Source of the DNA: an uncultured virus (IMG/VR IMGVR_UViG_3300024999_000050)
Lineage: Duplodnaviria; Heunggongvirae; Uroviricota; Caudoviricetes
Length of the DNA stretch: 64,000 nt
Virus record (IMG/VR): IMGVR_UViG_3300024999_000050
Strand: one strand, 5' to 3'
Shown: positions 37,078 to 46,044 of the stretch, one piece after another
Position numbering within the stretch: the first letter of the stretch is position 1
Layout of the letters: the number at the start of each line of letters is the position of its first letter
Program-made: the position numbers and the translations under genes
The notes under the pieces: generated by a model
The model's input: the letters and a program-made list of their open reading frames with translations, nothing else
Told to the model about the DNA's origin: nothing
The model's database searches: none

Positions 37078-37971
37078 TTATGATATTTTTAAACCGTCTT
37101 CAAATACATTTCCGTTCTCCAGTAGAACTTTTATCATATTTTTGACGGTTGTAGTAGCTGATTTAATAGACGAATGCTCTCCATAAGCGTTATATATTTT
37201 AGTGGCAATTTTTCTTACTTTTATACCACGAAATAGCTGAATTATAATTGCCTTATCTATATTAGAAGATCCAAGTCTCTTGATTATTCCCTCAATCAAA
37301 AACTTTTCAGAAACTTCGTCCTCTATGTTTATACCAGAGTCAAGTTCCTTAAAATCAGAATCTTCGTCTCTCTCAGAAGCATAGTCTAAATATAATGATT
37401 GGGACATTTCATCGTCCCGACTATAAAAATGATTCCCTTGCCGTTTTTGAGCGTATTCATCTCTAACGGCATTTTGGAGTCGTACCCCTAATCTGAAGTT
37501 AACAAATTCTCCAATAGATACTTTAGGGGAGATTTGTTTACCATGCTTAACCAGCAAATGTTTTTCGTATCTAATCATGCTAGTAAACGCTTTACCACAT
37601 ACCGGACAAATATATTTATAACATTTATCCTTTATTTCTGGATTTTCTATCTGACAATTCAAGCTCTCCCAAATAGAAATCTCTGCAATAGAGATAAAAT
37701 CATCTTTATTCATAAGATTCGAGGGATAATTAGAATACTTCTGGTTTACAGCCTTAATTAAGTAAGGTCTCATCTTTCTTATAACTTTCTCTATAGAACT
37801 ACTGAGACCTTCTCTTATTAGATACATTTCGTTCTCTAAAACACCTGTCTCATTCTCTAAAACAAAACCTACTCTTAATCCGTGGTATTCTTCTAGATGT
37901 TTCAGAAGTAAATCCTTGTCCTCACAGGAATAACTACATATTTGGCATTGTTGGCATTGACCCTTCTTCAC
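37078..37971 (-). CDS. Sigma-70-like factor carrying two C2H2 zinc fingers
   Basis: Region-2-like KDDFISIAEISIWESL / FVNFRLGVRLQNAVR, region-4-like HTH; CQIC..HLEEYH and CPVC..HLLVKH. Confidence 0.7.
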   Translation of the reverse strand: MKKGQCQQCQICSYSCEDKDLLLKHLEEYHGLRVGFVLENETGVLENEMYLIREGLSSSIEKVIRKMRPYLIKAVNQKYSNYPSNLMNKDDFISIAEISIWESLNCQIENPEIKDKCYKYICPVCGKAFTSMIRYEKHLLVKHGKQISPKVSIGEFVNFRLGVRLQNAVRDEYAQKRQGNHFYSRDDEMSQSLYLDYASERDEDSDFKELDSGINIEDEVSEKFLIEGIIKRLGSSNIDKAIIIQLFRGIKVRKIATKIYNAYGEHSSIKSATTTVKNMIKVLLENGNVFEDGLKIS

Positions 37972-38080
37972 AAAATATCTCTCCTCTCTAAATATAAAGG
38001 TTTTGTTAACTAACCGTTATTATTTATGTAGGGTTTATATTATGATATGCCGATCAATTAACTTTATGTTATTTCCATGA

Positions 38081-38109
38081 ATTATATTTCATAATAACCT
38101 TAATGTCAA
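38081..38109 (-). promoter_or_regulatory. Consensus sigA promoter for the sigma-like gene
   Basis: TTGACA-17-TATAAT. Confidence 0.85.
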
Positions 38110-38125
38110 CAACATTCAGTTAATT

Positions 38126-38132
38126 TGTCGAA
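38126..38132 (+). promoter_or_regulatory. Spo0A-box-like heptamer
   Basis: TGTCGAA in TTTGTCGAAAA context. Confidence 0.4.
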
Positions 38133-38207
38133 AAAAGACAAGAGAATTTTTGTTGTTTGAATAAACTTTTTGTTATATAATTAAAAAGTTAAAAAAATAT
38201 ATAAAAA

Positions 38208-38223
38208 TGTGACGACGGTCACA
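38208..38223. promoter_or_regulatory. Crp/Fnr-type box upstream of repressor gene
   Basis: TGTGA-CGACGG-TCACA; centre at -41.5 relative to TACAAT at 38245-38250. Confidence 0.65.
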
Positions 38224-38312
38224 GAAATTGTTTTGATATTAGGGTACAATAACAACAATAAATCAAATTTAAGTTTTATAGCCTATAATTCATTTAATTT
38301 GGAGGTGATAAT

Positions 38313-38732
38313 ATGAAGAGATTTGATGTTCTGACATTTGGGGAAAAGTTAAAATTAATTATGGAGAATAGGAGTTTGAAACAAAAGGAGTTAGCAGAAA
38401 AGGTAAATGTGACCGCAGCTTATATTAGTGTTCTTTCTAAAGATAAAAGAGGTAAAAATATTTCTAAAGAATTAATATCAACTCTTAGTGAAATACTTAA
38501 TGTGTCTCCGTTTTATTTTTTGTTCGACTTTACTTTAAATGATGTTTACGAATCAGGAATTCTCAATAATAAATTAAGTCCAGACATACTTTCTCATACG
38601 GATTTCCTTCCGTATATTCTCTTAATCGAAAAAGCATATGATAAAAAAATCCCTGTCTCCACTCTCGAAAAAATCATCAACAGCATAATAGAATTACAGG
38701 AAAAATTAAACCCTAACATTAATCATTGTTAG
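38313..38732 (+). CDS. XRE-family HTH repressor
   Basis: FGEKLK..LKQKELAEKVNVTAAYIS; divergent from sigma-like gene, convergent with integrase. Confidence 0.9.
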   Translation: MKRFDVLTFGEKLKLIMENRSLKQKELAEKVNVTAAYISVLSKDKRGKNISKELISTLSEILNVSPFYFLFDFTLNDVYESGILNNKLSPDILSHTDFLPYILLIEKAYDKKIPVSTLEKIINSIIELQEKLNPNINHC

Positions 38733-38741
38733 GGTTTTTGT

Positions 38742-38789
38742 TGTCCTAAATTGTAAAGGTACTTTTGCCCGCCCTTACAATTTAGGACA
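38742..38789. other. Putative attP of the serine integrase
   Basis: 15-bp perfect arms TGTCCTAAATTGTAA / TTACAATTTAGGACA around an 18-bp spacer, 8 bp from the integrase stop. Confidence 0.65.
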
Positions 38790-38796
38790 GTATATT

Positions 38797-40386
38797 TCAC
38801 TCTTGAAAAGTATATTTATACTTCAAAATTAATTTGTCTTTCTTATAGTCTACATATATCTTATCTACAAATAAACCTAGGGCTAATTCAGCAACATCAG
38901 GATTTTTTTCTAAATCCAACAGTTGTTTTATTTCTCTGAAAAGTATTTCTGTCTTATTATCCATCCGATCAGTTTTCCTTAACTTCTTCTCCAGGACAGA
39001 TAATTCTTCCTCTAAAATTAGTTTGTTTTGTTTTAATTCTTTAATTCTTTTACCATAAGTATCTACATCAATTATATCCTTTTCGTAGGCCACAAATTGT
39101 TTATTCATAGCTTTTTCGATATCGGATAATTCCTTCTGAATAATTTCTCTTCTTTGGACAAGATCTGAATTATTTACGTCCATAATATTTTTCTGATTAT
39201 TTATTTCATCTCTCAGAATTTCCGGATCGTAAATTATTTTTGTTAAATGTTCTTTTACCATATCCTCAATTATTTCTTTTCTGGTATACGGTAAATGACA
39301 GTTTCCGAACTCATTATAACATAAATAATAAACAGGACGCGATCCATCTTTCCTAGTTCTAGAATGAATCTTTCCATAAATTTTAGATCCGCATCTTGAA
39401 CAAATTAAATTACCGGTTAGTAAATATTTTTTATCAACAGTATATTTCTTATCTATTTTACGCTTATCCAATGACTCTTGTATAGATTCCCAGGTTAAGT
39501 TTTCTATTAAGGATTCGTGATTATTTTCTCTGACTATCCATTCGTTCTGAGGTCTAATAACCCTCTGTTTTTTACCCTCTGCATCACGGAAACAATATGA
39601 AGTGTTATACATATACGTTCCGATGTAGACCGGGTTTCTAAGGATTGTATCTATCGTTAGAGAGGAGAATTTAGATCCAAGGTATGTTTTTAACCCTCTT
39701 CCATTCAACTCTCTACAAATAGCATTCTTACCCTTCCCAGACAGAAACATATCTACTATCTCTTTATAGATTGGAGTATGTATTGGGCAGGGTTCATATC
39801 TGGTTTTATCTTCTGATATTCGGTATCCGAAAGCTGGCCTATTATTCGGTCTACCATTCCTGGCCTTTATTAGTTGCGTAGTCTTCAACCTACTCCCAAT
39901 AGTGGTTCTTTCTTTCTGGGCTATTGCTGCATAAATAGTTAACAAAAATTCATCGTTATCCGATCTACTGTCGTAACCCTCCTTTATTGAAATTAAGAAG
40001 GCTCCATAATCAGAGAGTTTTCTTTTTAACTGAATTATGTCTTGAATATCTCTGGAGGTTCTTGAAACCTCCTTGGTTATTAATCCGTGAATTTCTTCAT
40101 TCTTAGCCATCTCTAAAAGATCTTGAATACCGGTCCTTGAATTCATATATGCCCCAGATTTTATATCAAAAACCGTTCCAGCATATTGATATCCATGAAC
40201 TTCACACCATTCTTTTAATAGCTTTTCCTGAAATTCTAGAGATGTTTTTTGAGCTTCTTTTTTTGTAGAAATCCTGACATATCCCTGAAGCTTAATTAAA
40301 CTCTTGTCTGATTCTTTGTCAGAATTTCTTTTTTGCTCTTTATAATTTGCCATTCTCAAATGAGGAGGTATATGATTTTCTTTCAA
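38797..40386 (-). CDS. Large serine recombinase (integrase)
   Basis: YVRIST, SRTSR, AFGY, ILRNPVYIG, LLTGNLICSRCG zinc ribbon, coiled coil; TTG start after GGGGG RBS (track start 40416). Confidence 0.95.
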   Translation of the reverse strand: MKENHIPPHLRMANYKEQKRNSDKESDKSLIKLQGYVRISTKKEAQKTSLEFQEKLLKEWCEVHGYQYAGTVFDIKSGAYMNSRTGIQDLLEMAKNEEIHGLITKEVSRTSRDIQDIIQLKRKLSDYGAFLISIKEGYDSRSDNDEFLLTIYAAIAQKERTTIGSRLKTTQLIKARNGRPNNRPAFGYRISEDKTRYEPCPIHTPIYKEIVDMFLSGKGKNAICRELNGRGLKTYLGSKFSSLTIDTILRNPVYIGTYMYNTSYCFRDAEGKKQRVIRPQNEWIVRENNHESLIENLTWESIQESLDKRKIDKKYTVDKKYLLTGNLICSRCGSKIYGKIHSRTRKDGSRPVYYLCYNEFGNCHLPYTRKEIIEDMVKEHLTKIIYDPEILRDEINNQKNIMDVNNSDLVQRREIIQKELSDIEKAMNKQFVAYEKDIIDVDTYGKRIKELKQNKLILEEELSVLEKKLRKTDRMDNKTEILFREIKQLLDLEKNPDVAELALGLFVDKIYVDYKKDKLILKYKYTFQE

Positions 40387-40459
40387 ATAAATTCCCCCTA
40401 ATGTAAATAATATCAAGATATTTTGATATTATCACAATAAAAAAAGAGAGTCAAGTTAT

Positions 40460-40561
40460 TTAAAACTTAACTCTCTTTTTCTTAATCTTCTTGGCTGAAG
40501 AATTTTTTGTTCGTTTAATTAACTCTCTATAAAATATTCTAAGAATATCTTCTCTATTCAT
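40460..40561 (-). CDS. 33-aa basic peptide ending KKIKKKRVKF
   Basis: Hand-translated MNREDILRIFYRELIKRTKNSSAKKIKKKRVKF; GGTGA RBS; 3' end overlaps a hairpin. Confidence 0.5.
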   Translation of the reverse strand: MNREDILRIFYRELIKRTKNSSAKKIKKKRVKF

Positions 40562-40573
40562 ATTTCACCAATC

Positions 40574-41590
40574 CTAATATTTTATTTTAACTCTAACCTT
40601 CTGGCTAAATAAATTTTTCTTGTTATTAAAACATTTTTCAAAAACATCTTCTGAGATTGATCCCGGATCTTGATTTTCCGGAAGTTCTATAACAAATACA
40701 TTATGATCGTAAACTAATCCTTTGGAGTAATCTTTTAGTATTTCTCCACCTTCATCCCCATCCGGGACCAGATAGATATTTTTGAATGGTCTTATTAATT
40801 CCTCTTGTTCTTCTGAGATTTTGTTGCCGAAAACAGTTATGACATTTTCATAATCCCAGGATAATATTTTAATAGCATCAAATAGACCTTCAACGATAAT
40901 CACATAATCTAAATCAAAATCTAGATCGTCATAAGGCCAAACTATAAAGCTCATTTTGGGACCTGGAACATACAATACTCTTTTGTCTTTTTTACATCTT
41001 CTTCTGTGATCATTATTCCTTGCTAAAAATGAATAAAGATTACCTTGGAAATATATTGGCATTATTAAACGGTTCCAATAATATCCCGTATGACAAAATC
41101 CTACTTTAAATTTTTTAATTGATTCTTCTGTCAATCCTCTCTGTGTTGCATATGTAAAATATTTTTCACTCTTAGAAGTTAGTTTTTTAAATTCATCCGG
41201 CAAAGCTATTTTTATTCTCTTATAAAGTATTTTTTTCTTATCGTCTGATTTATCATTTAATGATTGTTCCAGTAGATAATCTTCATCTACTGTTCCGCTT
41301 ATTCCGCAGATAGCTTTTATGAATTTTACAGCTTTTACATCGTTGCAGTTTCTATATTTTTTAACTAACGAAATAACGCTGCCCCGGTATCCGCAGCCGA
41401 AACAATAATGTATTCCGAACCTCTTACTGTTTGGTTCTGCATTTATAGACCATGATGGGGCAGTTTCTATATGTTCCTCATTAGGACAAAACGCCAGGAG
41501 TTCTTTTCCCCGGCGTTTGTATTCCATATTAAGACTATCAAGTATCTTTTCGATACTGATATTATGTTTGAAAGATTTAAGTCTGTTCAT
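40574..41590 (-). CDS. dnaG: DNA primase
   Basis: CP..H...CFGC zinc domain; TOPRIM VEGLFDA and DGDEGG. Confidence 0.92.
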   Translation of the reverse strand: MNRLKSFKHNISIEKILDSLNMEYKRRGKELLAFCPNEEHIETAPSWSINAEPNSKRFGIHYCFGCGYRGSVISLVKKYRNCNDVKAVKFIKAICGISGTVDEDYLLEQSLNDKSDDKKKILYKRIKIALPDEFKKLTSKSEKYFTYATQRGLTEESIKKFKVGFCHTGYYWNRLIMPIYFQGNLYSFLARNNDHRRRCKKDKRVLYVPGPKMSFIVWPYDDLDFDLDYVIIVEGLFDAIKILSWDYENVITVFGNKISEEQEELIRPFKNIYLVPDGDEGGEILKDYSKGLVYDHNVFVIELPENQDPGSISEDVFEKCFNNKKNLFSQKVRVKIKY

Positions 41591-41791
41591 TTAATAAGTC
41601 AGTTTTCCAGCAGAATTTATAGGATAGGTTATGTTTTCTAAATCTAAACTTTTGGCTAGACCGGATTTTATAAAGTCTTTCATATATCCGATATTACTAT
41701 CTCTCTCCATAAAATTGCAACGACTAAGCCTTTTCTTTCTTTGATCTTTCTTACTTAATTTTTTCCATCTTTCCTTTTTCAAAATTAACAC
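41591..41791 (-). CDS. Small basic hypothetical protein
   Basis: Abuts primase start; GAAGGGG RBS. Confidence 0.6.
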   Translation of the reverse strand: MLILKKERWKKLSKKDQRKKRLSRCNFMERDSNIGYMKDFIKSGLAKSLDLENITYPINSAGKLTY

Positions 41792-41864
41792 CCCTTCTTT
41801 AATAATTTTATCTCTTATCTTTAATATATCTAATCAGTTAAGGTAATTTCCCTTGTTTTGAAAA

Positions 41865-41917
41865 TAAAAGTACGCCGTGTAGAAAAGGTTAAACCTTTTC
41901 TACACGGCGTACTTTTA
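41865..41917. repeat. 53-bp palindrome (26-bp perfect arms, 1-nt centre)
   Basis: TAAAAGTACGCCGTGTAGAAAAGGTT-A-AACCTTTTCTACACGGCGTACTTTTA. Confidence 0.95.
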
Positions 41918-41984
41918 ATTGTTTTTACTTTTTCAAATACTTTTCACACCCAACACTTTTTTAAATGAACAGTCGGGATTATTT

Positions 41985-42230
41985 TTACTTTTCTTTATAA
42001 AGAGGAGATACTTCTTTTAAACGATTAGGAATAGTAAGAGGATCTCCGTTCAATTCTCTCGGAACGCCTAAAAGATCTAACATTCTATTAATTTCTTCCC
42101 TTTGATTTATTAGATAATCCCTTTCTTTAACAGCCAGTTTCAGACACTCCGTAAGATCCTGAAGACTTCTTAATACTTTATTGTGTTTTTCCTGAAGTAG
42201 AAACAACTTTTCCTCGCAGGATTTTTCCAT
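41985..42230 (-). CDS. Hypothetical coiled-coil protein
   Basis: 81-aa ORF with own consensus promoter. Confidence 0.7.
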   Translation of the reverse strand: MEKSCEEKLFLLQEKHNKVLRSLQDLTECLKLAVKERDYLINQREEINRMLDLLGVPRELNGDPLTIPNRLKEVSPLYKEK

Positions 42231-42260
42231 AAATTTTCACCGCCTATATGATTTTTATAC

Positions 42261-42289
42261 ATTATAAATCATACAAAATACCTTGTCAA
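42261..42289 (-). promoter_or_regulatory. Consensus sigA promoter
   Basis: TTGACA-17-TATAAT; overlapped by TATGATTT..AAATCATA inverted repeat. Confidence 0.8.
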
Positions 42290-42299
42290 TAAAGATATT

Positions 42300-43643
42300 T
42301 TAGAAAACTTCATTCTCAGTATTTTCGTTTTCCGGTTCTCTTTCCTCACCTAGCTTTGATATGTTCCCATGAAATTCTATGTACCCAATATGGTTCTGTT
42401 TCCCTCTTCTTTGTTTGGCAGCGTTAATCTCAACTATATCCTCTTCTACCCAGGGGTTATAATATTTATGACGGTAGATTAGAAATATAAGATCCGCTAT
42501 CTCTTCATATGCTCCAGCGTTCTTTAGCTGTTCCAGAGTCGGTCTTTTATCTTTTTTTGTAAAACTATCCCCAAGTCTTTTTATCTGGCTTAATAAGCCA
42601 ATATGTACGTCTATAGCCTTACTCATATTTTGAACTTGTTTCAACTTTCTATCTAGCGTTTCTCTGTCTGAGTTTATATCTCTCAGATTTTCAAAACGAT
42701 CTATGAAACAAGCATCAAAATTTCCTTCTTCCAAAATTACTCCTATCTCATCCAGAGTTGTATCTGGATCATCTAACAGAACTAAGTTTTTGTTATTTGT
42801 AATTTCAATCATGGTTCTCTTAACTCTACATACTCTTTTCTTTTTCATAACGTGAGGGAATTTTATTAACTCATCTAAAGTAATCTCGGTTCTCATTGCT
42901 AAAAGTGCATCCAGAAATGAAACATCCCCTCCCTCAATTGGGGCAGCTAAAACTTTCTTTCCGTTATTGATTAATCTATTTATTACGTTTGCAACGACTG
43001 TAGTTTTACCCATACTAGGACGGCCAGCCCAGATTGAAACTCTTTTTCTTGCTAACCCTTCAGTTAGTCCAGAATCAAAATCATCTCCTAAATGTGTTGG
43101 GACGAAAATACTCTTCTTTCTTCTTTCCGTAAAATCTCTCATATAGATTTCGTTTAATTGTTTTCCTGATTTAGTTTTGTTTAGAGTTCTTCCGCTTCTT
43201 AATTCTTGATTTATTTTTGATGTTATTTTTAGAAGGTCCTCAATTTCGGTTCTGGGATCTTCCAACATTTCATAAAATTTCGTTCCTCGTTTTTCTAATA
43301 AATTAATTCTAACGGAATCCTCTAATAGTTTTTTGATGTGAAATTCTATGTTATCGTTTTTTCCAAATAAATCTTTCAGTTTTCGGATGTATTTATATCC
43401 ACCATATTCTTCATCTCCAATAATCTGATCTAGAGTATCTTCGTCAAATTTCATATTTCTTTCTCCGATTATTTTTAGAGCCGTGAATATTGTCTTGTGT
43501 TTTTTACCTATGAAATTTCTTTCTTGAAGAAGTTTTGTAAACTTTCTTCTATGTTTTGGTGATTGAATCATACTAGAAAGAACTATTTGTTCATTCCTAA
43601 CATTATGGTTTATTACTTTACTTCCCACGTTGACTATCTCCAA
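42300..43643 (-). CDS. dnaB: Replicative DnaB-like helicase
   Basis: AGRPSMGKT, LLSQIKR, RPTLEQLKNAGAYEEIAD, AKQRRG. Confidence 0.93.
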   Translation of the reverse strand: MEIVNVGSKVINHNVRNEQIVLSSMIQSPKHRRKFTKLLQERNFIGKKHKTIFTALKIIGERNMKFDEDTLDQIIGDEEYGGYKYIRKLKDLFGKNDNIEFHIKKLLEDSVRINLLEKRGTKFYEMLEDPRTEIEDLLKITSKINQELRSGRTLNKTKSGKQLNEIYMRDFTERRKKSIFVPTHLGDDFDSGLTEGLARKRVSIWAGRPSMGKTTVVANVINRLINNGKKVLAAPIEGGDVSFLDALLAMRTEITLDELIKFPHVMKKKRVCRVKRTMIEITNNKNLVLLDDPDTTLDEIGVILEEGNFDACFIDRFENLRDINSDRETLDRKLKQVQNMSKAIDVHIGLLSQIKRLGDSFTKKDKRPTLEQLKNAGAYEEIADLIFLIYRHKYYNPWVEEDIVEINAAKQRRGKQNHIGYIEFHGNISKLGEEREPENENTENEVF

Positions 43644-44274
43644 CGAAATTTAGAACTACAAAGTTTTCTAATAACTCAATTATATTTTCTGGCAACCATT
43701 TATCCAATTCAGATGAACCTACCTGAATAGTCATGCAAGTGATTAAATTATTATGATGTCTTGTTCTTAAAATTTCATCCAGGAAATCTAACTCGACCTC
43801 ACTTTTTGTTTTCTTGAATTTCAGTAAGTCATCAATAAATAAAGCGGAGATATCTTTTATCTTACTTCTCATTTTCAATTCTTTGTCAGTAAGATTTGAT
43901 CTGAAAACCAAATCTATTAATGTGTTTGCTAAAATAAAGTATGATTTATTTTCAAAAATATCTTTCTCATTTCTAATTTTTGCGTTTACCCTAGATAAAC
44001 TTTTCAAAATATTCATAGCTATTATTGAAAGAAGCATTGTTTTGCCAACTCCAAAGGGTCCGCATAAAATAATTCCTTTTCCGTTGATAATATTTTCTTC
44101 TAAGTTTTCTATATATAATTTTACCGATTTTAAACTTTCTTGATTTAATTTTTTTTCTTTATTTTTTCCTAAAATACGAAAATCATCTAACTTAGAATTT
44201 ATGAATTTTTTTGGAATGTTTGAAAAATGACAATTTCTAAACCAAGAGTTGTTTCGTAGCTCTTCTGTTAACAA
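43618..44274 (-). CDS. DnaC/IstB-like helicase loader ATPase
   Basis: GPFGVGKT, LFIDDL. Confidence 0.85.
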   Translation of the reverse strand: MLTEELRNNSWFRNCHFSNIPKKFINSKLDDFRILGKNKEKKLNQESLKSVKLYIENLEENIINGKGIILCGPFGVGKTMLLSIIAMNILKSLSRVNAKIRNEKDIFENKSYFILANTLIDLVFRSNLTDKELKMRSKIKDISALFIDDLLKFKKTKSEVELDFLDEILRTRHHNNLITCMTIQVGSSELDKWLPENIIELLENFVVLNFVGDSQRGK

Positions 44275-44409
44275 AATAACATCTCCTTTTTAAAAGCCTT
44301 AGAAGGCTTATTTTAGATTTAAAGGTAAATTCGTACCTAAATGATGTTTGCTCATAAATTAAAGAATGTAGGACACGTTGTAGTTGTATTCTAATATCAA
44401 ATTATAAGT

Positions 44410-45594
44410 CTAGGTTTTCTTCCTGACTCCCATTTGAGGTTTTAACTCATCTAAATCTTTATATTTAGATCTCCATGTTTCAACATTTCCCCAAGAAGTA
44501 TCTTTCTTATTTTTCTTACTAGATTTATTTTTGGAAGTTTTGAAAGTTTTCCAAAATAAATTATTATAATTAGAATATATTTTATAAAATCCTGCATTTT
44601 GAATCCAGTCACTATCTCCAGAGTTGAAAATATAATCAAAACACCAGAGAGTATATTTCTTAAATTCTTCTTTGTTTCCATCAAAAAATTTTTCTACAAA
44701 TAATCCAAGTAAATGACTTTCTTTTGAGAATCTGCTGTTTCTTTTGAATTCTGGATCTTCTGATTCGCTAAATTCTAACCAAGTAGATAGGTAGAACCCT
44801 AACATCTCTAACTTGTTCCATTTGGAAGGTTCTTTAATCTTCCAAGAAATAAATCTTTTACTTGGATACTTTTTAAATTTTTCTATTGTTTCTTTTCTTG
44901 TGTTGCTTTTCGATTCAGTTTGTCTCAGTTTTTGAAACTGATCTAAAGCTGAAGTTTTGTTTTTAGAATTACCAGAGATAGAATTTTCTTTTTTTGCATA
45001 TTTAATTTTTTTCATTTTTGCTGGCTCTGTACTTCGTATCTTATTATTATCTATTTCTTTATTATTAATAGAAATATTATTAGTATTGTTAAAAGAGATA
45101 TTGGGTGATCTGAGATCACCACCAACCTTCTTGGTACTCATAGGTTTTTTACTCTTTGGTGGTGAAATGGCTTTTTTCTTACTTTTTTTATTTTCATAGT
45201 GAAATGATTTCACTATATTAGAATCTCCGACTTCTGTTCTGTTAACCCCCATTCTGCTAGAGACTCTGACTATATATTCGTCTGTAAAAATATCTTGAAT
45301 AATATAACTATTAGAATTATTTATACCATTATAATCTACACTCGTTGTTTTTTCTATTATTCCTATACTTTCTAATTTTTGAATTGCAGAGATAGCTGTT
45401 CTTCTGCTAATCAAACATCTATCAGCTATAGTTTGATAACTAGGAAAGACTTTTTTAAATTCACTTTGTAAACTAAATAAATATATATAAACCATTCTTT
45501 CAGATAAAGACCAATCTGTTTCAAAAATAGCAAAACAACCAGTAAAGTATGGTCCTTTTTCATATAGTAAACATTTATTATTCATATATTTCAC
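44410..45594 (-). CDS. Replication initiator with N-terminal winged HTH
   Basis: FPSYQTIADRCLISRRTAISAIQKLESIGII, SNSY; upstream of loader and helicase. Confidence 0.8.
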   Translation of the reverse strand: MKYMNNKCLLYEKGPYFTGCFAIFETDWSLSERMVYIYLFSLQSEFKKVFPSYQTIADRCLISRRTAISAIQKLESIGIIEKTTSVDYNGINNSNSYIIQDIFTDEYIVRVSSRMGVNRTEVGDSNIVKSFHYENKKSKKKAISPPKSKKPMSTKKVGGDLRSPNISFNNTNNISINNKEIDNNKIRSTEPAKMKKIKYAKKENSISGNSKNKTSALDQFQKLRQTESKSNTRKETIEKFKKYPSKRFISWKIKEPSKWNKLEMLGFYLSTWLEFSESEDPEFKRNSRFSKESHLLGLFVEKFFDGNKEEFKKYTLWCFDYIFNSGDSDWIQNAGFYKIYSNYNNLFWKTFKTSKNKSSKKNKKDTSWGNVETWRSKYKDLDELKPQMGVRKKT

Positions 45595-45870
45595 CTATTT
45601 TTTCTTTTTAGGATAACATTTTGATGTTAAATAATAATTCCAACCAGAATATCTTCCGTCTTCTGTTTTGGCTCTTTCTTTATAAATATACTCATTATCA
45701 ATTAATTCTTTTATAGATGTTCTAACAGATGTCTTTTTATCTGTTCCCATGTTTCCAATATTAGAAACACTTATTATTTCTCCTTTTTTTCTTAATAAAA
45801 TAATACAGTCCAATACTCCTTTAGATTTCATAGATAAAAAAGGGTCTTCAATATAATTCAATAAAATCAC
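45595..45870 (-). CDS. Small winged-HTH protein (Rep N-terminal-like)
   Basis: LSMKSKG, SVRTSIKELIDNEYI, GRYSGWNY. Confidence 0.7.
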   Translation of the reverse strand: MILLNYIEDPFLSMKSKGVLDCIILLRKKGEIISVSNIGNMGTDKKTSVRTSIKELIDNEYIYKERAKTEDGRYSGWNYYLTSKCYPKKKK

Positions 45871-46044
45871 TCCTTAATTGTTCTTCTATAAGTTTAACGG
45901 AAGTATGGAAAACTTAAATCTGTTATTCGTCTTTAAACCAGAAAAAAATAACTTCTGAGGTTTATCAAGTCTCAGAAGTTTTCCATAAGAGATATATTAA
46001 AAGAAAGGAGGACGGGAATGATCATGCCAATAATCTTCCTTCTT

